Shown: positions 24,725 through 37,620, numbered from the stretch's first letter. The stretch is 64,000 nucleotides of DNA from Octopus sinensis (GCF_006345805.1 NC_042997.1:101370001-101434000); one strand, 5' to 3'. Numbers and translations are program-made. Notes: generated from the letters alone by a model not told the origin.

Positions 24725-25254
24725 TGGTGGCTGCCCCCTCGTTATCGAGTATGGTCATTGCACGAAGCTTAATCAATGTTGTTATCGTGCAATGCTTGTG
24801 CAAGAAGATTTTTTTAAAGTGAGGAAAGGCTGTGCACTGAGTCAATCCCACTCACTAAGCAACAGCAGCCATAATCCGAAAAGAAGAACAAGTCAACATC
24901 ATCGGTAACCACTGAGCCGCAGGTTTTATGTTGGAGTTATCCCAGTTACCTGTGTTACCTTCTCCTAGGAGGATGCCCTAACAAAGGCTAGGAGTCCTTC
25001 ACTCCCAATGGTTTAACCCTTATTTCTATGTCCCCGCGCATGATCCAGCCTTAAGATATTTATTGGATGGCCGTTGACTCTCAAGAGTTCCTCCAACCTT
25101 TAACGGGTTTTGTTTTTCATCCCGCAGGGTATCCAATAAACACCCTCCTCACCAAGCAAGCTTGGTGGGGTTGCCGGTTTAGTCGCCGACGACCCAACCA
25201 TGTAACAGGTTGTACTGGGTTACATGTTACCAGTAGCACTCAAAAGTGACCTGA
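24725..25254 (-). mobile_element. Non-autonomous RTE-derived element (5'UTR-like plus 3' tail)
   Basis: Minus strand carries RTE 5'UTR-type motifs CTAAACCGGCAACCCC and GGGCATCCTCCTAGGAGAAGGTAAC. Its 3' end GACCATACTCG..CGAGGGGGCAGCCACCA resembles the RTE end at 19580-19613. No ORF. Confidence 0.6.
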
Positions 25255-25287
25255 CATATATATATATACATGCATACATACATACAT

Positions 25288-25365
<78 letters not shown>

Positions 25366-25632
25366 TATATATACATAATATACACATATACAGGAATATA
25401 TACAGTATGTATGAACATTTGTGTCCTCCTACAACATTAAGAGTATTTTAACTGTTACTTCTAGCAACGTTAATGCTTCGGCATCCTTAATAACACTTAG
25501 CGACGATTGAATTTTTCCTTTGTGATATAACATTGTGCCTGGCTGTTTATATTAATTTACATATATATAAACATTATCGATCGCATTAACCCAATGTATT
25601 GGTTTTGCTTATTAGCTGGTTTGTTGCCATAC

Positions 25633-25866
25633 CTATTTCTTTAATACCCACAAGGGGCTAAAAACTGAGAGGACAAACAAGGACAGACAAACGGATTAAG
25701 TAGATTATATCGACCCCAGTGCGTAACTGGTACTTAATTTATCGACCCCGAAAGGATGAAAGGCAAAGTCGACCTCGGCGGAACTTGAACTCAGAACGTA
25801 ACGGCAGACGAAATACGGCTAAGCATTTCGCCCGGCGTGCTAACGTTTCTGCCAGCTCGCCGCCTT
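25633..25866 (-). mobile_element. SINE family B, tail type 1, full length
   Basis: GGCGGCGAGCTGGCAGAAACG head to TAAAGAAATA end; 13-bp TSD TTTGTTGCCATAC at 25620-25632 and 25868-25880. Confidence 0.92.
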
Positions 25867-26189
25867 ATTTGTTGCCATACTGCGCTCTGGAGACAACTCC
25901 CTCAAAGCCCTAGGTATTAAAACACCTGTAAGTCATAGATCGGAGAGACAACTCGCCTCTAAACTCATATTCATATGCAATTCATTTACTTCATGGATTT
26001 TCTTTCTTGATTTCTCATGTAGATTCATTGCCATAAATATTCTACCGGATTTAAATGCGAGGAATGTGCTTGATACTGTAGATATGGGTTGCTTCTTTTT
26101 GTTTTGGTAAAATTCCTAAATTAATTATGTTGTATGCTTCGGATCGTTGTCATGCTAAAATATCCATGGCGGTTTCAAATGTAAAAAGT

Positions 26190-26815
26190 TTGGCTGAAAA
26201 TTCATAGGCTGATCAAAATATTCTCAGGCAATGCGACCAAAAGAGGTTTATTTTTTAACATAGTCCCCTTGCTATCTACACACTTCTTCCATCGGTGCTT
26301 GGATCTCAATGTTGAAAAAGCTTTCATGCTGTTGGTAGAAAAAGTCATCAACAATAAATACTGGTTTCTAGTCAAGTGTTTTTTGTTTTGTTTTTTTTTG
26401 TTGTTTTTTTTTTTCATGTTGGGGGACAGATGATAGACAGATGGAACTAAATCAGGGGAATAGGGAGGGCGATCAGCCAATTCGAAGCCAGTCACACAAA
26501 GCAACCATTGAAACCAAGGAATTGTGCTGCAGCATTGTCCTGATGAAAGATGGCCTCCTTTCTTCAGTTTTCCTGAATGTTTGGTCTTGATAGCCTTTTG
26601 TAACTGCCTCAGCAACTTGTCATAGTATTCTCCATTGATGTTGCGGCCATTTTCAAGATAGTCAATAAACACAATGCCTTTTGCATCCCAAAAACTGAGG
26701 CCGTCAGCTTCCCTACAGATGAAACGACCTTGACCATCGTTGGAGCAGGTGAAGAGGGGTGTTTCAACTGCATGGATTGTTTCTTTGAGATGCAGTCGTC
26801 CTGAATGACGTTAGA
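26190..26815 (-). mobile_element. Degenerate mariner transposase 3' half
   Basis: QSMQLKHPSSPAP, FIDYLENG..INGEYY..LL.QL, RPPYSPDLVPS.YHL, RWKKCVDSKG. Confidence 0.85.
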
Positions 26816-27364
26816 TACTAATTTTGCTGTCAAAGACCGACCACAAGAATTATTTTACTTACCTGAAGGCAATAAAAACTCTTAGGCTAATTAAAAACTG
26901 GCAAGTTGGTTTTTCAGAGAAATTGTATAGTTTATTTACATACAACCTGTCTCACAAGCCCAAACTAATAGAGTCAATAATTGCATTATGCTAATTACAA
27001 TGTTCATGTTTAAACCTATATTCAGTTTTGTGAAAATATTCTCTCTATGAATGTATAATTTGAAATGTAGTCGATAAAACATACGAAAATAATTAAGTTT
27101 AACCATAAGTATACTCTTGCTTCTAAAATAAGTCACGCCTCTCATTCTGTCTGTCAAACACTATTTCTCTCGCGCTCTTTCTCTCTCTCTCTCTCCATCT
27201 TTACTGTCTTTCCCTCGCTCTCCTTCTTCCCTGTCTCACCCTGTCTCACTCTCCTTCTGTTACACACGCTTTCTCTTTCTCTGTGCACGTGTATGTCTAC
27301 AAATACGTACATAACACTAAATTCACACAGACACACATACACACACACACACGCACACACACAC

Positions 27365-27480
27365 TCTAATATATATGGCTGTGAAGCTCGAACATTCAAA
27401 ACATGTCAATCATTTCAGCATAAGTGTCTTCGACAAATTTTCGCATGTATCCCTTGGAGAGATGTACTACAAACTTCGCC
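27365..27480 (+). mobile_element. Short RTE-like ORF2 fragment
   Basis: IYGCEA..FQHKCLRQIF.IPWRD (cf. LYGCETW..KCLR.IL.I.W.D). Confidence 0.5.
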
Positions 27481-27581
27481 TCTTTGTCACCGAAAGCAGG
27501 GCGGCTTTTGGTGCTACATACACGCCGACTTTTACAGATCTACGTACATCTATGTACACACACACACTTACTTTCATGAAT

Positions 27582-27655
<74 letters not shown>

Positions 27656-28537
27656 TGTGTGTGTGTGTGTGGTGTTAACTACTTGTGTGCGTTTCCTGGC
27701 CGACTACAATTGTGTGGGGGGGCTTGCTACAGAATTTGTATTGGGGTATATTTGGGGTACTTAAATGTATTCATGACTTTGCATCTGCTTTTCCGTGGAT
27801 ATGCCTAAATATTTTTATTTTGTGTTCCTCGCTTTTGTGTGATCGGAACCGATTCAGGGATAACTATATTTTTATGAATTTCTGTTAGCTTGCTTTCTTC
27901 ACTTCGATCCGTAGTGTAATAATATAAATGAAAATATTTAATGTGGTTGGACGATTTTGCGTCTATTTTTCAGCATATTGGCAAAGAGTTTTTTCTTTAT
28001 ATATATATATATATATAAACGGATGTATGAATTATCCTTCATTTACCGTAAACAAGGAAAATTCAATAAACAGATACCAAGGTAGCAAAATTCACGCAAG
28101 TAACAAGGATGTAGCGACCTATTCAAAGGTAGAAACTCCGGGTTAATGAGCAGTAATTTTTATAGTATACGTAAATAAATGGAGTTGAATGCAGATGTTA
28201 TTCAAATTCTTTTACTTCCGACATAGACGCACGTAGAGATATAGGCATGCGCAAATGAAGACACATACAATAGAAATACAAAATGGCTGACGGTTAGTAA
28301 GGAGAGACACACAAATGAGAAAGAAGAAAGCAAAGGACCACTGATGCGGTCACAGGAGTATGACGAAAGAACTCTGACCGAAATAAGATTAAGATTAATG
28401 CAAAAAATAAATAACGATGAAGCAAAGTAACACCAAATATATAGTGCGTGTGTTTTTATTGGCTAAACTGGCAAAATGACCATTCCTAAATACAACAATA
28501 TATGTTTCAACACACGCTTTCATATCAAAAATCCTGC

Positions 28538-28570
<33 letters not shown>

Positions 28571-28575
<5 letters not shown>

Positions 28576-28800
28576 TAATCCAAACGAGAAAACAGAAAAA
28601 ACAACAACACAAGGAGGTGGAACAATTAAAGTATTATTATTAGGCGCTCAGGAAAAAGGGAAGAAGGAGGGTATGACGTTTCGAGCGGAGCTCTTCGTCG
28701 GAAACATAAGAGAAAGAAAGATCCCGAGGCGGGCGAACGGAGGGGAAAAAAACGCGACTGGTTTTCATGAAGTAAACATGCTGAAAGGCCGGAAGTTTTT
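28571..28800 (-). mobile_element. Hammerhead cassette family H1 (ribozyme 28671-28705, U4 to C)
   Basis: gttt-CCGACGA-A-GAGC tcc GCTC-GAA-ACGT-C-atac; colinear with 9343-9538 and ends GGATTAACC|(TA)n. Confidence 0.75.
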
Positions 28801-28859
28801 AGACAACGGGGACAGGTTTTCAAAGACAAGAGAGCGGAAAAAAGAAGGTTGGTAACAAC

Positions 28860-29700
28860 TCGATGAATGGGAAGAATAATGTGTATATGTGAGTGTGTAC
28901 GTGTGCGTGTGTGTATGTGTGTGTAAGGCGGTAGCAGACAGTGGCCATAACGATGTGCGAGATAAAAAAATATGTATATGTTAGTGCGTGCGTCTGTGTG
29001 TAAGTGTGTGTACGTAGCAGTCGCAGGTCAGTGGTCAGTGGTAAAAGGAGGAAGGAGGGAATGTGTGGGGGCGTATGTACGTCCCGTGTGTGTGTTGAGT
29101 TGTAGTGTGTGTGTGTGCCCGTGTGCGTAGTTGTATGTATGGCAAGTAAATTTGAAGTGTGTGTAAGTGTATTGTATATATATATGCAAATGTGTGTGTG
29201 TGAGTGCGTGGGAGTGAGTGTATGTATATGTGTGCGTGTGTGTACAAAAGGTAGGGGTATTATATGTGCGTGTATGTATAAGCATGCAAGGAAACAAACT
29301 GCAACTGACGGAAAGATGGAAAAATGCTCCCGTGGTGACAGGCGTAAGAGAAACCCAAGAAACACGCTGGCCCCAGATACGAACACGAGATCTAGTCGGA
29401 ACCCACGGGCGTGGTGCATGCATGTATGTATGCGTGTGCGAACGCGCACATGCATGCATGTGCGCACGCCTGCGAGTGTGTGTGTAGGTATGTGTGTGTG
29501 TGGATGTGTGAGTGTGTCTGTGTGGATGTGTGAGTGTGTCTGTGTGTATGTCTGGGTGTCTGTGTGTCCGATTGAATGTATGTAAGTATGTGTGTGTATA
29601 TGTGTGTGTATAGGTTATGTCCGTGTGTATGTGTATGAGTGTGTATGTATGTATGTGTGTATGTGTGGAAGTGTATGTATGTGCAGGTGTGTGCGCGCTC
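28860..29700. repeat. TG-rich low-complexity tract, probably PLE 3' region
   Basis: Degenerate (TG)n; same arrangement as 3900-4430 next to an H1 cassette. Confidence 0.6.
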
Positions 29701-29701
29701 G

Positions 29702-29972
29702 GCGATCACCGCACAATGACTACAGAAAATAATCTAATAATGGGGAATATAAGCCCTCGACGGAAAAAAATAAGTTTTCCCGTACGCGTGGGAAAGAATC
29801 TGACAGAAGAAGCAAGGCTGTACGTTGGTGATAATGGCTAGCACACTTGTCGCGGAAACACAAAGATGTTGGTTTGTGTCCCACGCGTGCAGGGAAACCT
29901 ACTTTTTTTTCCATCGAGGGCTTATATGCTCCATAATTAAACTATTTTCTTTTGTCATTGCGCGGTGATCGC
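29702..29972. repeat. Fold-back inverted repeat, ~92-bp arms
   Basis: GCGATCACCGCACAATGAC...TACGCGTGGGA versus TCCCACGCGTG...GTCATTGCGCGGTGATCGC. Confidence 0.85.
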
Positions 29973-30054
29973 TTATACGCTTTAAGCCTATAAGATACTA
30001 TTATTATTATTTACAGAATTGTAAAAATCGACGCTGCTTAACAAAAACCATTGC

Positions 30055-30113
<59 letters not shown>

Positions 30114-30321
30114 ATATACATACACTTTATTTGTGGGTTAACAAGGCTACAAATGGTTTCATGTAGTGAGGAATCTCAATAATTATCAAGACTGCCACAT
30201 AGGAACGTTGATACACGTCACCATCTTGGATGAGTAGCCTTATTATCTTGCAAATAAAGAATATTTAACCCCAAATGTTATGTTGAGCACTCATTCTCAC
30301 TATTCGATATCAGGGTACATA

Positions 30322-30470
30322 AAGGCGGCGAGCTGGCAGAATCTTTAGCAACAGCGGGCCAAATGCTTAGCAAAAATTCGTCCTTCCTGAATGGATAAAA
30401 TATGTACCAGTTGAATACTGGAGTCAATCAAATCGACTTCTCCAGATTCTCGAAACTGCTGGCCTTGTTA
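30322..30470 (+). mobile_element. SINE family B, tail 2, internally deleted
   Basis: AAGGCGGCGAGCTGGCAGAATC head with GCTGGCCTTGT tail. Confidence 0.7.
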
Positions 30471-30575
30471 ATCTAAGAGGGGAATATGTTAAATAAAACC
30501 ATAATTAACTGATCCTTCTGTGTTTCCTTTTACCCAAAGCCAAGAACCTTTTAGTCCCCACCCTCTCATCCCTCA

Positions 30576-30613
<38 letters not shown>

Positions 30614-30621
30614 TGATAAAA

Positions 30622-31035
30622 AAGATTAAAGGGGTGTGTAAGTTGGACCTATTGATATAAATATTTATCTATACATACAAATTCATCATCTGTAATTTTC
30701 CACCTTTTGCTGTCTCTCGTTTTGCTTTTATGCATAGATACATATTTTGTACTTGATGTATTTAACATATTTCGTGTATATTGATGTGTCTAAACTGTTT
30801 ATCCCCATAATTGCTTCGATATATATATATATATATATCAATAGGTCCAACTTACACACCCCTTTAATCTTCTCAGCCGTTTGTACTCAGTGTAAGTTGG
30901 ACCTATTAATATAAATATGTATTTTGCTTTCTCTCGCTTTGCATGTGTACATATATACATATTTTGTATTTGCTGTATTTAATATATTTAGGTATGTTTG
31001 ATGTGTATAATTTGTTTATTTCCATAATTGCTTCT
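30622..31035. repeat. Combined inverted (38 bp) and direct (~145 bp) repeat
   Basis: 30622-30659 is inverted at 30834-30871; 30636-30818 recurs, diverged, at 30891-31035. Confidence 0.75.
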
Positions 31036-31150
31036 ATAGCCGCTGAACCGGATCGCTCTTATAGCCTTTCCTTCCCTTGTGGGATGATCTTGTGTAAAGA
31101 CATCGGAATCTAAGACCGAATCTTTTGAGCACTACTAAGAGTATATATAT

Positions 31151-31432
31151 ATTTCTTTATTGCCCAGAGAGGGATAAACATAGAAGGGACAAACAAGGAC
31201 AGACAAACGGATTAAGTCGATTACATCGACCCCAGTGCGTAACTGGTACTTATTTAATCGATCCCGTAAGGATGAAAGGCAAAGTCGACCTCGGCGGAAT
31301 TTGAACTCAGAACGTAACGGCAGACGAAATACCTATTTCTTTATTACCCACAAGGGGCTAAACATAGAGGGGACAAACAAGGACAGACATAGGTATTAAG
31401 TCGATTACACCGACCCCAGTGCGTAACTGGTA
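31151..31432 (-). mobile_element. SINE family B, tail 1, tandem dimer
   Basis: Two bodies joined at AAGAAATA|GGTATTTCGTCTG (31333/31334). Confidence 0.88.
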
Positions 31433-32609
31433 CTAGCCTAAGTACCTGGCGTTGCTCGGAAGCTTAAAGAATATTAAAGGAAATAAATATATTTATTCTG
31501 ATAAAAAAGATATTTTCAGAAAAATTCTATCAGATGACGTGAGTATAAACAAAGTTATTAAAACAAATCCTAAAATCAATCACAGTTTAATTTTGTAGAA
31601 CTTCTAAATATACAATGTTTTCTGTGTGTCCTTTAATTGAAGAAACAAAGAAAAAGAATTCGGGGTCTTTCAACTCGTGCACATCCTACATATAATTGCA
31701 CATGAGAGAAGCAAGGAGAAGCAAGGTTAAGTCCAACAACGTTGAGAGATTGTGGTTGAGATTTGTTTATGGACATAGCAAAACTTGGAGCCGTTTAAAT
31801 TCATAGGGGAGGTCAGATGGGATTAATGGGATCCGTGGAATGAAGACATCGTCACCCTTATATTTCCCAAGAGAAATGAACTTTGGTGGTAAGGACTAAA
31901 CCTCATGTTTCATTATCACAATTAGAAAGCGTTTATCTTTACTTTATGACGGAGAATTATTCAATATCGTGTTTGCTTCTATCAGAATCATTTGCCTTTA
32001 AAGCGAAAAAAAATCGACGTATACGACAGGTATGTAAAATATATTTCTGTTTTGAAAAAAAGTAAAAAATTTAATGCCCCCGCCTCCAAACCTTCCCCGA
32101 CTAATGAAAACCTTCATGCCAAATTTGGTACAGATTGATCCAGCTGTGCAGAACAATAGGCCGTGTGGTTAGGGGTAAATTGTAGATTCGATTTTGAATC
32201 TGAGGTAGGACCAATATCCAAGTAGAAATAATCACATCGCATGTAAATATGAAATATCGAGTGTACTCTAGCTACCTTTATTAGGTCGATTCTACGAACA
32301 ATTATTTAAGTAACTCCTGTCGATATCTCTAACTTATGATCCGGAATATTGAACTTTAAAATTTACAAAGTTTATCGTATAAATTGAAAGATATCCTACA
32401 GTGTATAAGCGTGTATCCGTATGAAGACCTTTCGTTATTTAGAAACTTTACTGTTTCTTTTTCTTTAAACCTCGTTTCATTACCAAAATTAAAAAGCATT
32501 TCAGAATCGTTTACCTTTAAAACGAAAAAACAAAACCCACGCAATTTCCAGACAGCCAAATTTGGTACAGATTGATCCAGCGGTTTGGCCGTGCATAGAA
32601 GAACACACC

Positions 32610-32658
<49 letters not shown>

Positions 32659-32690
32659 ACACACACACACATACACACACATACACACGC

Positions 32691-32700
<10 letters not shown>
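31433..32700 (-). mobile_element. Non-autonomous Helitron-like element (5' boundary uncertain)
   Basis: 3' end CCGAGCAACGCCAGG..CTAG matches that of 11263. Repeated GCCAAATTTGGTACAGATTGATCCAGC at 32118 and 32555 is a subterminal motif similar to 11575-11610. Confidence 0.55.
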
Positions 32701-32752
<52 letters not shown>

Positions 32753-33196
32753 ATATATATATACATATATATATTACATATAGATATATGAGGGTATATA
32801 TTGGCTATTATTATTGAGTATGTAAGATGGTTGATTCTCTAAGGGAATAAATGGATAAATGGATGCGCTATAGACCATACGACAAAGTGTATTCAAGTGG
32901 TCGAAGAGAAGAGCGGAATATAACATTAAGAGTAGGAAGGAGATAGGTAAAGGAGTAAAAAAAAAGAAAAACAAAAATTGATATATAAAAATGAATGACA
33001 GAAAAAAAGAGAGATAACGATATAAATGCCCATATTTCCACAGCAACATACAAGCCGGAAGTCACACATACACATGCATAAGTGGCTAGATATAGATTCT
33101 ATTGAAATTGTCACCCCTAGAATATATGTGGGAGTCTATGTATGTATTATTGTATATATGTATTTATAATATGTATGCGTATACATAGATACATAG

Positions 33197-33235
<39 letters not shown>

Positions 33236-33527
33236 TATTCGAGACAAAACCACTATTTTGCAAAAACAATATATAATATATTATATATTTATATATATAT
33301 ACATATATATATATATACCCCTGCTTCCTGAGCGCCTATTAATAATAATACTGTAATTGTTCCATTGTTGTTGTTTTTTTGTTTCCCGTTTGGATTAAAA
33401 TTATATAATATATATATATATATTATATATATATATATATATATAATATATTATATATATATAATACATATATATATATACATATATATACATATATATA
33501 TACATATATATATATGTATATATTACA

Positions 33528-33572
<45 letters not shown>

Positions 33573-33575
33573 CAC

Positions 33576-33816
33576 ACAATAATATGTTACATTACTCGAT
33601 AGTCAAGATAAAACTCTGAGTTTCAGATGCCGAAGTGGGAATCCACGACATCTCTTCGGTTATCTGGCTACTTGAAAATGCTATGAAAAAAAAAAAATTT
33701 TTTTTTTTTCATAGCATTTTAAATAGCCAGATAACCGAAGAGATGTCGTGGATTCCCATCGGCATCTGAAACTCAGAGTTTTATCTGACTATCGTAGTAA
33801 TGTAACATATTATTGT
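33576..33816. repeat. Spacerless palindrome (~120-bp arms) containing two opposed hammerheads
   Basis: Arms meet at A12|T12 (33697/33698) and are nearly identical. Confidence 0.92.
33729..33786 (+). ncRNA. Type-I hammerhead ribozyme variant (family H3; mirror copy 33606-33665 on minus)
   Basis: agataa-CCGAAGA-GATGTCG..CGGCATC-T-GAA-ACTCAGAGT-T-ttatct: 6-bp stem I, 7-bp stem II, near-palindromic helix III; U4 is C in both arms. Confidence 0.7.
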
Positions 33817-33884
33817 ATAGATAAATTTCCTCTATTTACATAATATTGAGGTCTCTTTCTTTATTTTGTTATCTTACCGTTTTA

Positions 33885-33954
<70 letters not shown>

Positions 33955-34119
33955 GTTGTAAACGAGTTAGCGGTTATAGTAACCGACTAAGAGATAAAAT
34001 ATCCGTATATACTATCGGTATCCGTTACCTGTGTTATCCCCGAGCATTGGTGTGCAGGCACACCATGCACGTAGAGTGCACAGACAACAACAGGATAAAC
34101 CTCGCTCAATGATGTTACA

Positions 34120-34385
34120 TGTTACCACATTTGTTTGCAAGTAGGTAACCCTTTGTTTTAAATTTTCCGGGTTCATAAGATTATGCTCAAGGTGGCTTCG
34201 TCATTTATACGTGCCATCCTTACTACTTTCACCCAACTTTTTTTGAAACATTCGCTAGACAAAAGTTGCCTCTCTACTCTCACTTTCCTTTTCAAGTGAT
34301 ACTTGAAAAAGTTGATGAGAGATTGACCAGAGAGGAAAGTGTTTGTTCCCGTTTGAAGGAAGGAGGCGTGACAATATTGGCGATA
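34120..34385 (-). mobile_element. Probable L1/Tx1-type ORF2 C-terminal fragment
   Basis: Non-repetitive part of ORF 34173-34538: FLSGQSLINFFKYHLKRKVRVER..CFKKSW, a basic helix plus F...W ending as in Tx1 ORF2. Confidence 0.4.
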
Positions 34386-34432
34386 GATGGATAGATAGAT
34401 AAATAGATAGACAGATAGATAAGTAGACAGAC

Positions 34433-34505
<73 letters not shown>

Positions 34506-34559
34506 TACAGACAGACAAGCAGATAGACAGACATACAAACAGATAGATAGATAGATAGT

Positions 34560-34657
<98 letters not shown>
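34385..34657. repeat. (GATA)n/(GACA)n microsatellite
   Basis: Directly visible. Confidence 0.95.
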
Positions 34658-35424
34658 CTTATGCATACAAATATACCTGGTTATATACGATCAACGAGAG
34701 AGTGAGAAGCATGTTTAATAACTGGTATCTTTTAAGAGTGTCACAATGGAGAAGTCTGCAATATATATATAGTGGACATAGAAGTCTTCTTTGCGTGTGT
34801 ACCCAGTTGGAAAGTAGTCGGAAGATGACTGAGTGGGTTACTGCAAGAGATAGAAATAAGATTTGACAGATGGCAAGTAAAGAATTTTAGGACGGCTTAA
34901 GCGAGTCGGTATAAGATTGACGCGTTCGGCGATAATTTGCCGCCTCTGCATCTCATGAGTATTAAAGACTCATGTGTGTGTGTGTTTGTGTGTTTGTGTG
35001 TGTGTGTTGTGTGTGTGTGTGTGTGTGTGTGTGTTGTGTGTGTGTGTGTGTGTGTGTGCGTGCATGTGCTTCTGTATGAATTTATGTATTTATATGCATA
35101 ATTAATATATCTCAGCTTATGCTATGCTGATGATTTCTATAAAACAATGAAATAGTATTATATTTACCACTGAATAAAAATTTTAAGAACTTCGTAATGT
35201 GTAAGCAACAAAAATAGAATGGCTTTTCTTTATTCCTTTCCTTTGTTTCAAATTAATTCCACCAAATATTATGAAGAAATGACAATCTCCTTTGTATTAA
35301 CTTTCCGAAGGATGTCACTTGGATATGTGTATGTGTGTGCGTGTGTGTGCGTGTGTGTGTAAGTAGGTAGGTAGGTACATGTATGTATGCACGTATGTAC
35401 ATATATGTATGCATGTATGTATAT

Positions 35425-37440
35425 TAGAGTGGCCTTTATTTTTCAACTTTCTAAAAGTTTAGTTGCCACACCCTATCTTGTTCCAATTAACAAATAACCA
35501 ATCTATGCAAAATTTTAGTTCAATCGAACAACTGCAAGGCGACCCTCATCGACCATGAAATTTTGAAGTTTTCGTCCGGAAAGTTATTTTTTCGGATAAA
35601 AATTTTATATCCCTTATATAATTTTCTCTTAAATTAAAATATTGTTCAGACTTATTCATAATAATAGAAGAATAAGTGATAATTAATATAATGGGGAAGG
35701 CAACTTGCAAAGCTGGGGTCAGAGTAGAGGTATAGGGCAAAAACCTATTTTTTCGCCGTCATCCAGTCGGCGGCCAGCCGTGAACGAGTGAGGTTGTGAG
35801 ATGCATTCGGCCACTGAAAGAATTGCACCGCACCTAATGGTAGTTTAGAGAAATAAAATATTAAGAAATATACGCTAGTGATAATCAGTAAACTAGTATG
35901 ACTAGTGCACGTTTGTAAATAGAAGTTAATTTATTTGATTTAAACTTGTAAGCATTCATTCATTTTGTTGTGAGACATTATGATATAGAACTTCCCCTAA
36001 TGTGTTGGTAGCCCTGACAAAGTTGTAATACCATGTTTATAACCTTTCCGTTTTTATAATGTTATGTGTTTCGTATACTTATTTTCAACGCCTTAGAACA
36101 ACGTTTAGAGAAGTGGGACACACAGAAATACAGCACAAATTTAATCTGAATGACTGTCAAGAATTAGTGTTGCACTGGGATGGAAAGCTCCTCCCGGCAT
36201 TCACAGGCGTTGGAAAGGTTGATAGACTGACTATAACAGTAACTTTTCAAGGCAAGGAGCAATTGTTGGGACTCCCTAAAATTCCAACATCTTCAGGAGA
36301 ACAGCAAGCCATGGCTGTTTACCAAGCAGTGGAGAAATGGGGTATCACCAACAAAATGCAGGCACTTTGCTGTGATACAGCAGCAAGCAACACAGGTCGA
36401 GTAAATGGTGCCTGTAACAAACCTAGAAAAATTGTTCAATCGCAACCTGTTGTACTTCCCTTGCTATCATCGTATTTTTGAGTTTGTTTTTAGGAGTTGT
36501 TTTGACTTACTGATGAGTACAACTTCTGGTCCAGGCAGAGTGCTTTTCAAAAGATGGAAAGAAACCTGGACGAAAGAAATTTTACATAACTGGTAGCCAT
36601 GAAGTTCCTGATGATGCCCGCTCTACCATTCTTGGATTTCTGAATATCACCTTTCTACAAAAAAACAACAGTGAAATGATTACCGAGAATTGTTGGAACT
36701 AACGATGATCTTTCTTGGCGGTATTCTGAAGAACGGGATATCGTTTCGTACACCAGGAGCTGTAACTCATGCTAAGTGGATGTCAAAAGCAATTTACGCA
36801 TTCAAGAGATACCTGTTTCAAGATAAATTTCAGTTATCTCCTAGGGAGAAGAACTCTTAAAGAAGAATATGTATTTTTCTTGCTCGAGTGTGTGTTCGAG
36901 CCTAGTTTCTGTCATCAGAAGCAATTAAAGCAACTTATGATTTCCTATTCATGCGTCAACGGATAAATTATCAGGATATTAATCCAGAAATCAGTACGGC
37001 TGCTGCGAAAGAATTTTCCAACCATTTCTGGTACTTAGCTCCCGAAACTGTGGCTCTAACTATATTTGATGACAATGTTCCAACAGAGGTAAAGGCAAAT
37101 ATTGTTCAAGTTATGCAGGAAACAGACACAGGTGAAGAAGAGGAAGAAGGAAAAAAATCAACTGAAGAGGTACATCCTGCACCAAAATGATTTTTCTTCC
37201 TTAACAAACATCGAGTTTTCGTACATTGTAACTCTTCGTACAAAAATCTTCTTCACAAGATTTTCTATCAGCATTGATTTCCTCGACAAAGACCCTTCAA
37301 CATGTAAGGATGATCCTAGTTACAAAAGTGGACTTGAAAAACTCGAGAAGACAGTTGTTGTGAATGATGTTGCAGAAAGAGATGTCAAACTCATTCAGGA
37401 TTACAATAACATTCTCACAAAAGATGAAACTGAAACAATT
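35425..37440 (+). mobile_element. hATm-like DNA transposon, degenerate and 3'-truncated
   Basis: TAGAGTGG left end. Transposase motifs LHWDGKLL, CDTAASNTG..NGAC, LYFPCYH, YRELLEL, PGAVTHAKWMSKAIY, NHFWYL, VVNDVAER.VKLI, spread over frameshifts. Confidence 0.8.
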
Positions 37441-37454
37441 TCAGTCCACAAAAA

Positions 37455-37620
37455 TGTCCAGCCTTATCACGTTCGGTGTGTTGCGCTGAATCTCTCCGAC
37501 AACTACTTTAAGGATACGCGTGTTCGTGAGTGCTCAGCCACTTGCACGTTAATTCCACGAGCAGGCTGTTCTGTTGACAGGGACAACTGGAACACAAGCC
37601 GTCGTAACCGATAGAGTACC
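37455..37620 (+). mobile_element. SINE family C 3' fragment
   Basis: CCAGCCTTATCAC..GCTGAATCTC..GAGTGCTCAGCCACTTGCACGTTAATT matches 44113-44433. Confidence 0.75.
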
